Position numbers and translations under genes: made by a program
Shown: one piece after another, positions 11,101 through 21,698 of the stretch
Layout of the letters: each line of letters begins with the position of its first letter
Position numbering within the stretch: the stretch's first letter is position 1
The notes under the pieces: model-generated
Told to the model about the DNA's origin: nothing
The model's input: only the letters and a program-made list of their open reading frames with translations
The model's database searches: none
DNA from: a virus
Lineage: Duplodnaviria; Caudoviricetes
Direction: 5' to 3' (one strand)
Length of the DNA: 64,000 bases
IMG/VR virus record: IMGVR_UViG_2617271113_000004
Location: 32,001 to 96,000 of that record

Positions 11101-13886
11101 TTTTCAACTTTATAAACACGCTGGTGATAAAGTCTCCACCCTCGTTTTGTCAGATAATCCTGATCAGAACTAGCCTGTGGCCTTCGAAAGATATCCCATT
11201 CATGAAGTGATGCTGGTTGAACATCTTCTATCCGAGTCGAGACCTCAGCTGTCCCGTTCCTATCTCCTTCAATAGCATAAAAGTAAAAGTTTTCTTCGTC
11301 TTGAACTCTAAATAGAACGCCAACTAAATCATCGTCAGTTCCAACAGTTTTAAATGAAAAATCTGTAACATGATTTTCTACATCTAGATGCATCTTATTA
11401 TATGCACCAACAAATGCACTTTGGTTTTCATCATCTTTTAAAACTCCATTTTCTATCTTCCAAGAAGCAATACCTGGTGTCTTTTCTATCATGACTGCCC
11501 CTACAGCGTTTCGAGCGAAAAGTTCTTGCATCTTAGTTTTCTTATTAACTGGTACTGCCACTTCATAATCAATTTTAAATTCAACTGGTAAATAGTCATG
11601 ATATAATCCTGACATTCGAAGTCGATTTACTCCTAATTCATCTTTAAACTGATCTACAGGATAGCGAATTAATCCATCTTGTTGCTGTCGAAATCTATAA
11701 TTTATCCGATGGTCTTGATCAATCATTGAATTGCCTTTTAGTTCTCCTCTTTCTATTCGAAGTAGCACTTCATGTATTGGCACATCATTAGGAAGTTGTA
11801 ATTGCTCCATAATATTCCCTTCCCCTAACAATTCTTCAATCTTTTTAATACCATCTAGCTTATGAATAGGTTCTGGTTCAATTGTGATTGACCTATCTAA
11901 AGGGATAATAGGTGGCTTATCAGCAGAGACAAGAATGGTTTCTCCATCATCATCTAAAGTGACAGAGACGTTTTCTCCCTTTGTTATTACTGGCATATTC
12001 CAAGCAAAAGATTCAACAAATTCTGGAACTTTCTCTGTAGGCAATTTTGTAGGACTTGCAGTAATTGTAAAATTCCCATCAGCATGATAATTAACATGCC
12101 CGCTGCCATGAACATCTAGATTATTATCAGATGTCTCCCATAGCTCTATATCAGTTCCACCAGCTTTAGGATTTGTTGTGTGGCCCCATACATATCCATA
12201 ACCCGCTTCATCAATATCTAGAAAGATATCACCTTTATCACTTTTAGCAGTATAAGATTTCACTTCATAAGATGCATTATTGTATTTGTCTATATAATTT
12301 TTTATGAATGGCTCCAACATTGATCCAACTCTTTGATTTATAATACGTATTTGATTATGACTATCAAATGTTACTGGGTGCTGGTCTGTTGAGATATCAA
12401 CTCTTTCAACTTGTTCCCCACTTTCATCCTTTATAACTACATCTCCAACTACCCACCAGTTTCCTGTATATAACGTAGGTATTCCGATGATACCCGAACC
12501 TGTTACTTTAAATTCAAAATCCCATTGTGTCTTTTGTCTTTCTGCTATTACACTTACCTTATGATTAATAGGCAGACTTCTGAGTTTTACATTAGGATGT
12601 TTTGCACTAGTCCATTCATCAGGCTTTACATTATCTGCTTTAGCAGCAGCAAAGTCATTTAGTCTTTCTTGAATTAATGTTTCAACATTTTCATTATCAA
12701 TTGCTTCGACAGTGGTATACATTAGATTTCCCTTGGCATCTAGGATTTCATAAGTAGCTTCTTGAGGAATGGAAGGAGTTCCGATTGGTTGTGATAGCTC
12801 AATCATATCTTTTACATTTAATTTTCTTTCTCCATAAGGCATCCCTATTTGCTTCCATTCTTGGGTGTATTCTCTTTTCTCATGATTCAATAATGCATTT
12901 GGATTTACAACCCAATCGTTGATATATCCTACTGTTGCTATTTGATCCTTTCCTGTAGGATCTTTATATCTTGCAATAACTTTATAATTAAACATGTTTT
13001 TCTTTCTTGGATCAAACTCGGCTTTTTGAGTAACAAATACTTCGTATCCATCATTCGCTGGTTTTTCTTCAAGATAATAGTACTCGTCATTTGCGTCTGA
13101 TTGGTCTAATATTTTTCTTTCTACTGGCTGAAAAGCGCTATTCCCATTTACAATGCGAAGCTTTCCACCCTCAATTAATTGTTTGGTTCTACCATATGCC
13201 TCTATCGTATTATCTGCGTTACTGTAAAGCTCTAACTCGTTTGTTGAACTTTGCACTGCATTTTCTGGAACTACTTTGTCAATATGATTATATCTTACTT
13301 TAAACGTATCAATTTCATTTGTATTCTCATGCAGATATATTTTCACCCAATGAATATGTGGATTATCTTCCATAGCCATTACATAGATATCGTGTTTAAT
13401 GTCATCAATTGGATTACCATTTTCATCTACAATTTTGATTTGGTCTCCCCTGTATTTCACAACTTTATTAGGCTCACCCTGCTTACTATCATAATGGTAT
13501 TTAATTTCAAATTTATAAAACAAAGCCTCATCAGTGGAATGCTTATTACTTTTAAACTGTCTTGTAACGTTAATATCCCTTGATGGGAATAAGTCATATG
13601 GCGGTTTCTCTTGGATTGAATCTAATCCAGTATATGTAGATACATATACTAGCTTTCCTTCTTCATCTGGCGCTGCTAAGGAAACTTTTTGTTCTTGAGG
13701 TATTACATTTTCAGGGATAGAAGACGTATTTATAATCGATATATTTTCATTGTGATCTAACCTAGGTGTATGAATATATCCAAGATTAACGTCTCCTTCT
13801 GGAACCTCTCCACCTAAACGCATCGTATATGTGTTATCTTCTAATTTTTCATCATAAGCATGCGTTTGTTTTTCTTTATCTGACAT
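8175..13886 (-). CDS. Giant structural/adhesin protein with a thrombospondin-C-like (lectin-fold) module
   Basis: About 1900 aa; GTDDDLVGVLFRVQDEENFYFY resembles the TSP C-terminal Ca-binding motif; GGAGG RBS favours the ATG at 13886. Confidence 0.6.
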   Translation of the reverse strand: MSDKEKQTHAYDEKLEDNTYTMRLGGEVPEGDVNLGYIHTPRLDHNENISIINTSSIPENVIPQEQKVSLAAPDEEGKLVYVSTYTGLDSIQEKPPYDLFPSRDINVTRQFKSNKHSTDEALFYKFEIKYHYDSKQGEPNKVVKYRGDQIKIVDENGNPIDDIKHDIYVMAMEDNPHIHWVKIYLHENTNEIDTFKVRYNHIDKVVPENAVQSSTNELELYSNADNTIEAYGRTKQLIEGGKLRIVNGNSAFQPVERKILDQSDANDEYYYLEEKPANDGYEVFVTQKAEFDPRKKNMFNYKVIARYKDPTGKDQIATVGYINDWVVNPNALLNHEKREYTQEWKQIGMPYGERKLNVKDMIELSQPIGTPSIPQEATYEILDAKGNLMYTTVEAIDNENVETLIQERLNDFAAAKADNVKPDEWTSAKHPNVKLRSLPINHKVSVIAERQKTQWDFEFKVTGSGIIGIPTLYTGNWWVVGDVVIKDESGEQVERVDISTDQHPVTFDSHNQIRIINQRVGSMLEPFIKNYIDKYNNASYEVKSYTAKSDKGDIFLDIDEAGYGYVWGHTTNPKAGGTDIELWETSDNNLDVHGSGHVNYHADGNFTITASPTKLPTEKVPEFVESFAWNMPVITKGENVSVTLDDDGETILVSADKPPIIPLDRSITIEPEPIHKLDGIKKIEELLGEGNIMEQLQLPNDVPIHEVLLRIERGELKGNSMIDQDHRINYRFRQQQDGLIRYPVDQFKDELGVNRLRMSGLYHDYLPVEFKIDYEVAVPVNKKTKMQELFARNAVGAVMIEKTPGIASWKIENGVLKDDENQSAFVGAYNKMHLDVENHVTDFSFKTVGTDDDLVGVLFRVQDEENFYFYAIEGDRNGTAEVSTRIEDVQPASLHEWDIFRRPQASSDQDYLTKRGWRLYHQRVYKVENGKKSVVAEKSTITNQGHIRNWQNNIRVESHGKTTNLYFQTGTIAEEDWKRAYQIETKWNKGAFGVFNYSQNVEFLNIQTSELKTVTGSIPNLNYTGRPRAIMAENTRKFCDQDVKNRIAGSGYNTDSYTPISYVGTVTGNSGEVSVSITGEGPIQVFSFVDETKLAADVDLVAWTHYEDLQASPLFAIKIDDSKKLDIDMPKVEDADLEVENWYLRIKNGRFEKKLQLPYFEPQERTPSIYKTYPVLLNYAPKEPDDIEEVTLQYAVPEYTNQEFYNRPTTLVERETPIILDEFAIKTKYYPICLKSEQEISYIEVTAFRNNQARVLRVKDIDAAKGIIYLIDRIREQDKVIIRYAYEEYWYTYRGFHKREIEYEVIPTEVPMASEVTFEVYAKGERREIEIIEPETRTVFGLTSGFNMNDVYSDTQGINGVANRLPYRWDFYREQQSIINNPVDLLLAGRYLNQITDGVTQPNESVFEDINTYFFSNLGDGIYIVPILEENESVRAENANRTLNEFGVSVNHIGDYSTNDASIEVNTVHPIFESYNGTENSIEIEGDCELVISNSMVTPIAWIDEAREHVIIALYENGDQKVLITCNQSKYLFENDNGYKDIMNQYIEAVLGNASTIENEIIITDEKTFGPVTQKLEETYVTGRYQEEYEINHILKPTELFGEEWVSFVEEFKQHQLELTPNISHQIIGEAPFNSTINYVYDQKHPDQRSMEYNDIISINSIVSIDPILGEKILADYFFHLDLNPSPGHTHTINTNGFLEWIPLDHEIDSYEKREATSNELLVKPMHIYIRPVLIQDKNGDVINGTQNSQVIRHTDQSFWFDDKDFKYDASMFRLGKVILQPNSKIKDSVILDTRTRGGGLDEALSRKIIEEVNKESLHHWDIGYFDGQAYQENGIIIIRLPKTLLKTKDNPSGFYEKEIHEAVNKHKAFGVLPIIEFYDPEELKKTSFPDELDLQNTEIFEI

Positions 13887-13927
13887 ATTGTAATCCTCCA
13901 ATCTATTTATATGTACATTGGAGGGAA

Positions 13928-16900
13928 TTACCCTCCAATGACTTTTAAATATAAATCTGTTTTAGCATGCTCTTCTCCCATGTCATAAGTAGCTGTAACA
14001 TAGATGATTCCATTTTTCTCAATTTGACCGCTAAGAATGATCATCCCCTGACCATATTGGTCAGTAGTGATTGTTTCTGAATGACTCACCTGATTGGTAT
14101 CCATATAAGAGACTGTTACATTTGAATTTTTAATCACAGACCATTCATGATTGCGAAGTGTAATATAAATACCCACTTCATCTTCACTATTCCCTAATAA
14201 AGTCGACTTTCCTGCTTTAAGTTCGATAAAAGCTCTTTGTTTAATATTGTCTTCAAAGAAGTTTAATAAAATGCTGTTCTCAATGCTTTCACATTCTACT
14301 CTGTAGGTAGAAAACAACTCGTTAGAAACAGGAGGAATGTCCATATAGTAATACTCTCCGGATTCATTCGTGAAACCATTATATATACGAGTGCCATCTC
14401 TAAATATAGTAAATGCTTTATTAGGAATTGGATTATGATTTTTGTCATATACCCTTACTGTTAGTAATACCTTTTCTGTTCCGCTAGTATCTAAACTATT
14501 TGGTGATATATTAAGATTAATACTTTTAGCATTTCTATCAACTTTATTTGTTAAATAGAAGAACCCTTTATGATTATGATTGAGCAAAGGATTGGTCATT
14601 ACATTTGTCTTATAAAACGGACTTGCTTCATGTCCTTCATACTTAATTTTTACTTCATTTAATTCTTGATAATTATGAAAGACAACTGCTGCTTGGTCCT
14701 TACTCACATTCTGGTTTTCAATCACATAAAAGCTGTCTTGAATTTTATAAGACACTTCTATCTTATCTTTAGCAAGCATCTTTTCCTTGAAACAAATACA
14801 GGATTTCTCTTGATCCCACTCATAATCATCAATCGCTTGATCATTGACACTAACAGTTAGTGTTGAGTTATCTATATCTTGGTATTTTAAGTAATAGTTT
14901 TTAGAACCATTCCCTTTAATTATTTCCTTATTTTTTAAGGAAATATGATTATACTCGTTATAGAAATTTACTTTACGTAGCAGTCTTCCATCTAACGTTT
15001 CAATAATGATAGGGCTCCCTTGTTTAGGTCTTGGGGAAATTAGTAGCTCTTCTTCTTGGACTACTTTATTAAGCTCTATCTCCCTAGCAAATAGATAATG
15101 TTCTCTTTCTTGGAAATAATAGTATCCATTGTGAATTTTAGGGCTCCAAGGCATTGGCATTTCTTCCTTTATTTCTGCCTTTATGTTATATCCTAAATAA
15201 GGTGAGATGTTAGACGAAGAAAGCTTTTCATAACGACCACTTGGGGTTTTCCAACTTAATTGGATCAAGGCACTATCTTCTAAGTCTGCATAATTTAATT
15301 TAGTTGGATACCATTTGCCACCTTCTAGATAGAATGTATCTGTATATTCGTTATAGGTATTACGATCCCATTTATCAATAATAAGTTGGTGATTCACCCA
15401 CATTCTTACAGCATCACTTACTTGAATAGAAAATTCATAAAAACCTGTTTCAGGAGCAAATAAGTAACCATCCCAGCTAATAGCAAAATAATTATTCGGA
15501 TTAGCTTCTGGTAATGTTATTGGTTCGATACTAGGTTCATCCTTATTATCGATTGGTTTATTCTCTGGTGGAGGCGGAGGAGGATTATGACCTCGGACAG
15601 TTGCGTATACCTCTGACTCACCTATCTGTGTTATTGTTTGCCCTGTTTCCTGCTGGTTCTTGAAATAAGTTTGGTAATCACTACTGTCATTTCGAATAAA
15701 GTATTCTACTTCTAATTCATCTACCTGTAGATTGTGACCTTCTACAAAGATACTTAATGGCTCATATAACAAGGTCTGAACTCTATCTGATATGTGAACT
15801 TCGATATTTGGATTATCCTCTATCACAGGTCGCTCTATTTCATAGCTCATTATTTGACTGAATGAAGGCTCCTCATTCGGAGTGATACGCTGGTATTTTT
15901 GCAACCAAAAATCCCAGAAATAGGTATATGGCTGTGAGCGAGTAACAGGACCCCAAGCTCCTTTTAAAAAGGGGTTGTCTACATCTGTTAAATCAAATTG
16001 AAGGACTCCATTTGTCCATACCTTAATTTGACTGCCTTTTGTACTAATTTCAATTTCATTAATTTCATTGGCATCTGGGGTCCATGTCAGATTATTATGA
16101 GCCAACATAACTTTATCGTATGTTAGTTTACTTACTCCAGCTTCCTCAGGATTTAAGCAAGTGTTTTTAAAGACTGCCATACCTTTTACATCAACGCCTC
16201 CGCCATCCCACTCAAATGAATAAAAATTCTGGGTGGTGTCATCAAACTTAAATATAGCTCCATACATATCATCGTCACCATCTCGCACTTGAACTTTAAA
16301 TCCAAATCTATAATCTGTACGGTTCAAATCAGATGGATTGTACCATCCTGACCTTAGATTTTGATTTTTCAGGTTAGTAACTTCTTGATAGTTTTCTTCT
16401 GGTGGACCATGCCAATCTCCTGGGCCATTCAATCCTTCTTGCTCTATTGGGTCTTCATCCCATTGAACCCATTCACCTGTGAAATTAGAAATATCAATTA
16501 TTTCTTGAATAGGGTAAACTACTTCCATGTCGAGATGAAAGCGGAAATGTAGATTAGGATTTAATGCCATCATTGAAATAGATGTTCTTTGTTGTTCCAT
16601 AAATTCATGAAGAGGAGATCCATTTCCCCAATCAAACCATATTTCTGGATCAATTCGTGTCCCTTTTAATTCTCCAAGGTAATTTTTAGCGTCAGGATTA
16701 AACTGGTCTTCTGATATATATGATTGAACATGCAGCCAATCATATTTATTTAGACTGCTATAAATCCTTAACCGATTACTATCAATGTCATATTGACTTT
16801 TGTTTAAAAGAATCCCATTGTGATAAACATGAATGTCTTTTCCAGTAGGTTTGTTTAAAACAAATTCTCTCTCTACCGAACCTAGACTATAATGAATATG

Positions 16901-19900
16901 AACCATCCCTGGTTGGATGGCATTACCGTGTAAGATAATCTTATCATTATATTGCGTCCATCCATTCTCACTATCATTTGGAAGTTCTATATCATCTCTA
17001 ATAACCGATATAATTTGAAATCCGTCATGATCAATATCCACTTCAACTTCATCCATGTAATCTTTAATTTGATAGCTTTGAATCATTTCTTGATAGTCAC
17101 CAATGGCTTGCATACTTTCAGCGATAATATGTGAGAGCAAAGGATATTGATAATAGTACCCATTCCATCCACTTCCTTCACCTCTCACTTCTTCTGTCCA
17201 TACATCTACAAATGGATTTGTACTAATAACTTCAAATTTATCAATAATTGTATCAGCCATATCATAATAGGGATCTTCTTTTGGATCAATTTCAATTGGG
17301 TCTTCAATTGTTAATGTTTCATTTGAAGAAATAGTAAATTCTGTATTGCATTCTTTCCATTCACTATACCAGTCTGTGTACCACACATATGCATCCATAT
17401 GATCAGAGAAAAAATCAACTGTCTTCTTATCCTCTGAAAGATTCCAGTTTATTCGCTCATCATTTACTTCTATATAAGGTCCGGTAAGTGAAACTAAATG
17501 ATCTGGAATATAAACAACATCAGTTGGTACATCTATCATATCTGCCTTCCCCAGGCCATCTTTAAAGAATGGTCTTCTCCCATTAACTTTTCCGTATCCA
17601 ATGTATTTGCCAGATATCCACGGCACCAATCGAGGTCGATCCTCACAATGAATTTCCACTTGGTCAGCAATTTGTTTTGTCTTAATAAGCGGTCGTCCAT
17701 TAATAATGTTTATTGGTTCTGTTGTAATGTTGGTATTTTCATTTTCAAAATTACTTTTAAACCCCATCCAGACTTCATTAGTAGCATTAGGCTTTATTTG
17801 GATAAGGAGGAATTCTACATCCTCATAACCATGATACATTACCTCCCCAGTGTTAGGTTCGATGTAATGCTCTGGCATAGGTGGGATATCTACAAATTTA
17901 TGTTCTCTATTTGTTACAATTCCTTCGTTCTTGATATCTGCTGGATATGTTCCCTGATACCATTCTGTAGTACGCATATAAACCTTTTCATTCTTTAACT
18001 CGATTTCATCGTAGTCATCATTAATCGTTTGTGGAACCACGGATAAATGATAAGTGGCCCATTGTAGACCATCAAATTCTTCACGGCAATCAATTGATTG
18101 ATACCATCCTTGATAAGCATAAACTTTATCAGTGAAGTCTTTCGTTGTTTCAATAACTTCTGGATTCCTCTCCCACATTGTAAAACGTTCACCTTCTAAA
18201 TCCCAATCATCTAATGGATTGGATGGAACATTAATCTGTACATTAGACCGTTCATAAATCAATATTGGATTTTTATCCAGATACCTTTGTAAATCTACCC
18301 CAAATATCTCATCTGCTGTTCGAAAAACTACATTTGCGGTAGATGGTGAAATTTGTTCTGGTGTAATAAAAGCAGTACCTTTTTTTATAATTTTATGTTT
18401 TCTGATTTGCCCAGCATCTGGAGGATTGTATGTTTTAACTGTTACTGGCCCATTTGCTGAAGCACTCATGGCTCCCTTAGATGAATCCCTAACTATTCTT
18501 GTTACTGAATTTACTTCGTAGTCGGGATTAGAAAGTCCTGTTTGAGCTCTTGCTGCAGCCCTAGCTTCACTATTTACATAAGAAGCTCCAGAGCTCGCAA
18601 GCTTTTTAGAACCAGGGTCTTTATATTTATACCACCCACTTTCAGGCTTTCTACCTGAAATGTCATCCCATCGAGTAACAGCTATCTTTTCGAATTGTAC
18701 AGATTGAGAAAAAGTTGCTAACCCGACACTTCCCTTTGAAAAGCTGCTACTTACATTAAATTGGGCTGCTAACCTATAGTTATTTTCACTATATCTACCT
18801 GATTTGTAACTTTGAGTGTAGATTTTTACTTGATTACCTGTGCACCTTACTTTTACACTATTTTTCCAGTTCATATTAAACCAGTCCTGTTTCCAACCAG
18901 CGCCATTACCTCTATAATTAATCTTTACTTCCCGCATTACACCATTGGTTACTTTATATACTTTATAATGCTGTTTCCCCCAACCATAATTATTGCTAAT
19001 ATTACGGTACTTAGACATTTGACTAGAAGATAATTTCATCCCACTATAATAATTGCCAACTCCAATTGTTGCTAGATTTGTACTAACAGTATATCTAGAG
19101 TATTTATTTTCAGCTTTTGTATGAGAATAGCCCCCAGTTAAATTACCAGTTAGCATATTGTATCCATTATAGCTTTTGGGTTTCCATGAACTTACACAGG
19201 TTTCATCGCCTTCCCATAAAAAAATATAGAAATCTTTATTATTTCGATCTGCACGAAAGATAAAGCCAAGCACATCATTATCGGCACCAGGCATGGATAC
19301 TAATCTGTTTGATGAGGTCACCACTTTAGCGTAAGGGTCACTTCTCAGACCTGTAGATTTAATTGCTTTGAATTCGTATTCAGCTTCATAATCCGTCCAG
19401 TTATAGAACTCTTTAGCTATAATACCACTAGCATGTGAACGGTTATCTATTTCCTTTACATAGTTTCCAGATTTATTCCAAACAGATCGTGGACCGGGCC
19501 CTATAAAGTTTCCGTTTCTACTAGTAAAAAGATCAGCTGCTCCAGACACTGCTTCAACAGCAGCTTTCCCTCTCCAGTTTACTGCATATTCCAACGTTTC
19601 TTGCTTTACTCTAGATTCTACATTTAGCTGCGCTTCCCAATCTCTATTTGTTGGTTGTGGATCCTTTTGCTTTACAGAATATTTCATGGTTTTACCAGGG
19701 TAAGCATCTACTCGATGATCATAGGCTTGTTCATTATCCGTAACCAGTTCTTCACCTTCATAATGAATTCCATATTCAAAAGGTATCTCTGGGTAGATAG
19801 TTGTTTGATGTTTTTTTCTACCTCTATGTCTTGCTGCATATTTGAATGGTATCGTTAGCTCTTCCGATTCCGGGGTTTTTAAGAAGAGATCATCATTATC

Positions 19901-20104
19901 TCCAATACCAGAATGAAAGGCATTAACCTTTTCGATTTCTTCCTTTCCTTCTGTTTGTATTTCTGTAAGATGCCCCCGAGGAGGAATGTATTCTGCCATT
20001 TCGTTGTCTTCTGTCCACGGATCGATTTGATAATCTTCATCATTGCGCTCGATTTCGTCTGTTTCTTCTACGTTAATTGGATCTGGGTTTATATTCTCTT
20101 CCAT
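13928..20104 (-). CDS. Giant structural/adhesin protein: two TSP-C-like modules, a PA14 domain and C-terminal Ig-like (Big_1-type) domains
   Basis: 2058 aa; ADNDVLGFIFR and GDDDMYGAIFKF motifs; PA14 signature YFAISWDGYLFAPETGFYEFSIQVSDAVRMWVN; Ig-like LTVRVYDKNHNPIPN...TNESG and TDQYGQG. Confidence 0.7.
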   Translation of the reverse strand: MEENINPDPINVEETDEIERNDEDYQIDPWTEDNEMAEYIPPRGHLTEIQTEGKEEIEKVNAFHSGIGDNDDLFLKTPESEELTIPFKYAARHRGRKKHQTTIYPEIPFEYGIHYEGEELVTDNEQAYDHRVDAYPGKTMKYSVKQKDPQPTNRDWEAQLNVESRVKQETLEYAVNWRGKAAVEAVSGAADLFTSRNGNFIGPGPRSVWNKSGNYVKEIDNRSHASGIIAKEFYNWTDYEAEYEFKAIKSTGLRSDPYAKVVTSSNRLVSMPGADNDVLGFIFRADRNNKDFYIFLWEGDETCVSSWKPKSYNGYNMLTGNLTGGYSHTKAENKYSRYTVSTNLATIGVGNYYSGMKLSSSQMSKYRNISNNYGWGKQHYKVYKVTNGVMREVKINYRGNGAGWKQDWFNMNWKNSVKVRCTGNQVKIYTQSYKSGRYSENNYRLAAQFNVSSSFSKGSVGLATFSQSVQFEKIAVTRWDDISGRKPESGWYKYKDPGSKKLASSGASYVNSEARAAARAQTGLSNPDYEVNSVTRIVRDSSKGAMSASANGPVTVKTYNPPDAGQIRKHKIIKKGTAFITPEQISPSTANVVFRTADEIFGVDLQRYLDKNPILIYERSNVQINVPSNPLDDWDLEGERFTMWERNPEVIETTKDFTDKVYAYQGWYQSIDCREEFDGLQWATYHLSVVPQTINDDYDEIELKNEKVYMRTTEWYQGTYPADIKNEGIVTNREHKFVDIPPMPEHYIEPNTGEVMYHGYEDVEFLLIQIKPNATNEVWMGFKSNFENENTNITTEPINIINGRPLIKTKQIADQVEIHCEDRPRLVPWISGKYIGYGKVNGRRPFFKDGLGKADMIDVPTDVVYIPDHLVSLTGPYIEVNDERINWNLSEDKKTVDFFSDHMDAYVWYTDWYSEWKECNTEFTISSNETLTIEDPIEIDPKEDPYYDMADTIIDKFEVISTNPFVDVWTEEVRGEGSGWNGYYYQYPLLSHIIAESMQAIGDYQEMIQSYQIKDYMDEVEVDIDHDGFQIISVIRDDIELPNDSENGWTQYNDKIILHGNAIQPGMVHIHYSLGSVEREFVLNKPTGKDIHVYHNGILLNKSQYDIDSNRLRIYSSLNKYDWLHVQSYISEDQFNPDAKNYLGELKGTRIDPEIWFDWGNGSPLHEFMEQQRTSISMMALNPNLHFRFHLDMEVVYPIQEIIDISNFTGEWVQWDEDPIEQEGLNGPGDWHGPPEENYQEVTNLKNQNLRSGWYNPSDLNRTDYRFGFKVQVRDGDDDMYGAIFKFDDTTQNFYSFEWDGGGVDVKGMAVFKNTCLNPEEAGVSKLTYDKVMLAHNNLTWTPDANEINEIEISTKGSQIKVWTNGVLQFDLTDVDNPFLKGAWGPVTRSQPYTYFWDFWLQKYQRITPNEEPSFSQIMSYEIERPVIEDNPNIEVHISDRVQTLLYEPLSIFVEGHNLQVDELEVEYFIRNDSSDYQTYFKNQQETGQTITQIGESEVYATVRGHNPPPPPPENKPIDNKDEPSIEPITLPEANPNNYFAISWDGYLFAPETGFYEFSIQVSDAVRMWVNHQLIIDKWDRNTYNEYTDTFYLEGGKWYPTKLNYADLEDSALIQLSWKTPSGRYEKLSSSNISPYLGYNIKAEIKEEMPMPWSPKIHNGYYYFQEREHYLFAREIELNKVVQEEELLISPRPKQGSPIIIETLDGRLLRKVNFYNEYNHISLKNKEIIKGNGSKNYYLKYQDIDNSTLTVSVNDQAIDDYEWDQEKSCICFKEKMLAKDKIEVSYKIQDSFYVIENQNVSKDQAAVVFHNYQELNEVKIKYEGHEASPFYKTNVMTNPLLNHNHKGFFYLTNKVDRNAKSINLNISPNSLDTSGTEKVLLTVRVYDKNHNPIPNKAFTIFRDGTRIYNGFTNESGEYYYMDIPPVSNELFSTYRVECESIENSILLNFFEDNIKQRAFIELKAGKSTLLGNSEDEVGIYITLRNHEWSVIKNSNVTVSYMDTNQVSHSETITTDQYGQGMIILSGQIEKNGIIYVTATYDMGEEHAKTDLYLKVIGG

Positions 20105-21612
20105 ATCGCACTATCCTCCCATCGGTTATGTGTAAATGAATAGTTCTTCCAATTTTCTGTGTCTGTATCCCACATATTTGGAATATAACCTACGCCACTT
20201 AATTCCTTAGAAACTGTATCCCAGTATCCCTCACCCCATTTAAACTTATTCCACATAATAGGTGCAACAGTGTTAATGTAAGCTACCCAATCAATCATTC
20301 GTTCTGTTGCCTGACCGTTATCTTTAAACATTAAATAATGTAATTCTGGATTAGATGTATCGTGGAATTCATACTTCTCTATTCCCGCAATTAAACTAAC
20401 TGTATGGTTTCTCCCTTGATTCAATGGATAGATAAGGATATGATTACCATTTAATATTTCAAACTGATCTGACTCTAGTGGCTGATAATCCACTTTGATT
20501 GAATTAAGATCAACTAACCATCCACTTTTGTTGTAAATTAAGAAGGGATTCGAATCATCCAGCCAATTTTCATTATGAGTTATTAAATTCAGCTCTCTAG
20601 CTATCCCGCTTGAAAGCCCATCTTTTGAAGTATTGGCTGGATAACGAAAAACATCTAATAATCTATTTTTAAAAGCAGTGTTCGTTTCTAGATAATTTCG
20701 CTTTAAATTAAGTAGAAGACCGAATTCATCTAGTGTATTCCAAATATGATAAGGTTTGGGAGTCGCCTTAAATTCAGATACTCCATCTTTATTTTTAACA
20801 ATCCCTCTTATTTGATCGTAGCTATCTTGGCAATAAAATTTCCTTTCCCGGTAATCAATAATCCCACCTTCATTTGCATCGTTATAGAAAAATTCATGAA
20901 TGCTTTCTAATATTGGTAGTAAATAGGTTTTATTATCCTTCTGATAAAAGATACGGATATCATCATTCTGATTTATTTTTGGAAGGGAATAGGTATATAT
21001 CCAATCAAGCATTTTTGTTTCTGCACTTACTAAATGCTTCTGCTCATCAATCCAATTCAACCAGTCTTCTACTTCTTCTAGATGGATCCCAAAAAAGTTA
21101 AGAAATTGTTGTCCGATACTTTCTTTTGATTTACGGATTCTCGTCCATTGCGGATATTCATTTGCAAGTGATTGTGTGAATGTTGAATACCAATATTTAT
21201 TAATACATATTCCGAATATCCCATTAACATCTGTTTCAAATTCAAAGCTCATCTGTTCCGTATTGTTTATGGAATCAATTTCATTCCATTCATGGGTTTC
21301 AGGGTCATAAAAACAAATAATAGCATACTTAGCTTCTATTGCTGTTAACCTATTAGAATAAGGTATGGTGATTTTAATACTAGGATCTGTTTCATTTGTA
21401 CTTAATTCAAATTGCAGATCGGTTAAACGGTAATCTGTGTACCACTCACCATTATTATGAATGATTGGCTTATCGTTTAACCCATAATTATCTTGCTTTA
21501 CAGTCAAATCTAATGGGCCATTAGCAATCAAATCCACATTCGCAGAATGACCAGTTTTATTATATTTTGTTGCATATACCTGCGATGATCTTTGCGACTC
21601 TAATAGTGTCAT
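20089..21612 (-). CDS. Putative baseplate wedge-like structural protein
   Basis: About 510 aa; LDEFGLLLNLKR..ETNTAFKNRL resembles the LD..G....R...E.D..YR.RL motif of myophage wedge proteins; 3' end overlaps the next gene. Confidence 0.5.
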   Translation of the reverse strand: MTLLESQRSSQVYATKYNKTGHSANVDLIANGPLDLTVKQDNYGLNDKPIIHNNGEWYTDYRLTDLQFELSTNETDPSIKITIPYSNRLTAIEAKYAIICFYDPETHEWNEIDSINNTEQMSFEFETDVNGIFGICINKYWYSTFTQSLANEYPQWTRIRKSKESIGQQFLNFFGIHLEEVEDWLNWIDEQKHLVSAETKMLDWIYTYSLPKINQNDDIRIFYQKDNKTYLLPILESIHEFFYNDANEGGIIDYRERKFYCQDSYDQIRGIVKNKDGVSEFKATPKPYHIWNTLDEFGLLLNLKRNYLETNTAFKNRLLDVFRYPANTSKDGLSSGIARELNLITHNENWLDDSNPFLIYNKSGWLVDLNSIKVDYQPLESDQFEILNGNHILIYPLNQGRNHTVSLIAGIEKYEFHDTSNPELHYLMFKDNGQATERMIDWVAYINTVAPIMWNKFKWGEGYWDTVSKELSGVGYIPNMWDTDTENWKNYSFTHNRWEDSAIWKRI

Positions 21613-21635
21613 TTCCAAATTCACTCCGTCCGAAT

Positions 21636-21657
21636 TGTAATGCCTTTCAATATTATA
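21636..21657 (-). promoter_or_regulatory. Extended -10 promoter (TGnTATAAT) with palindromic operator copy 2 immediately downstream
   Basis: Minus strand reads TGTTATAAT-at-TGAAAGGCATTACA upstream of the RBS of the 511-aa gene. Confidence 0.6.
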
Positions 21658-21663
21658 ACATTA

Positions 21664-21698
21664 AAAAGCGTACTTGACGATATTACAAATACGCTTTT
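21664..21698. terminator. Inverted repeat at the left boundary of the inserted cassette
   Basis: aaaagcgta...tacgctttt stem with A/T tails on both sides. Confidence 0.45.
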
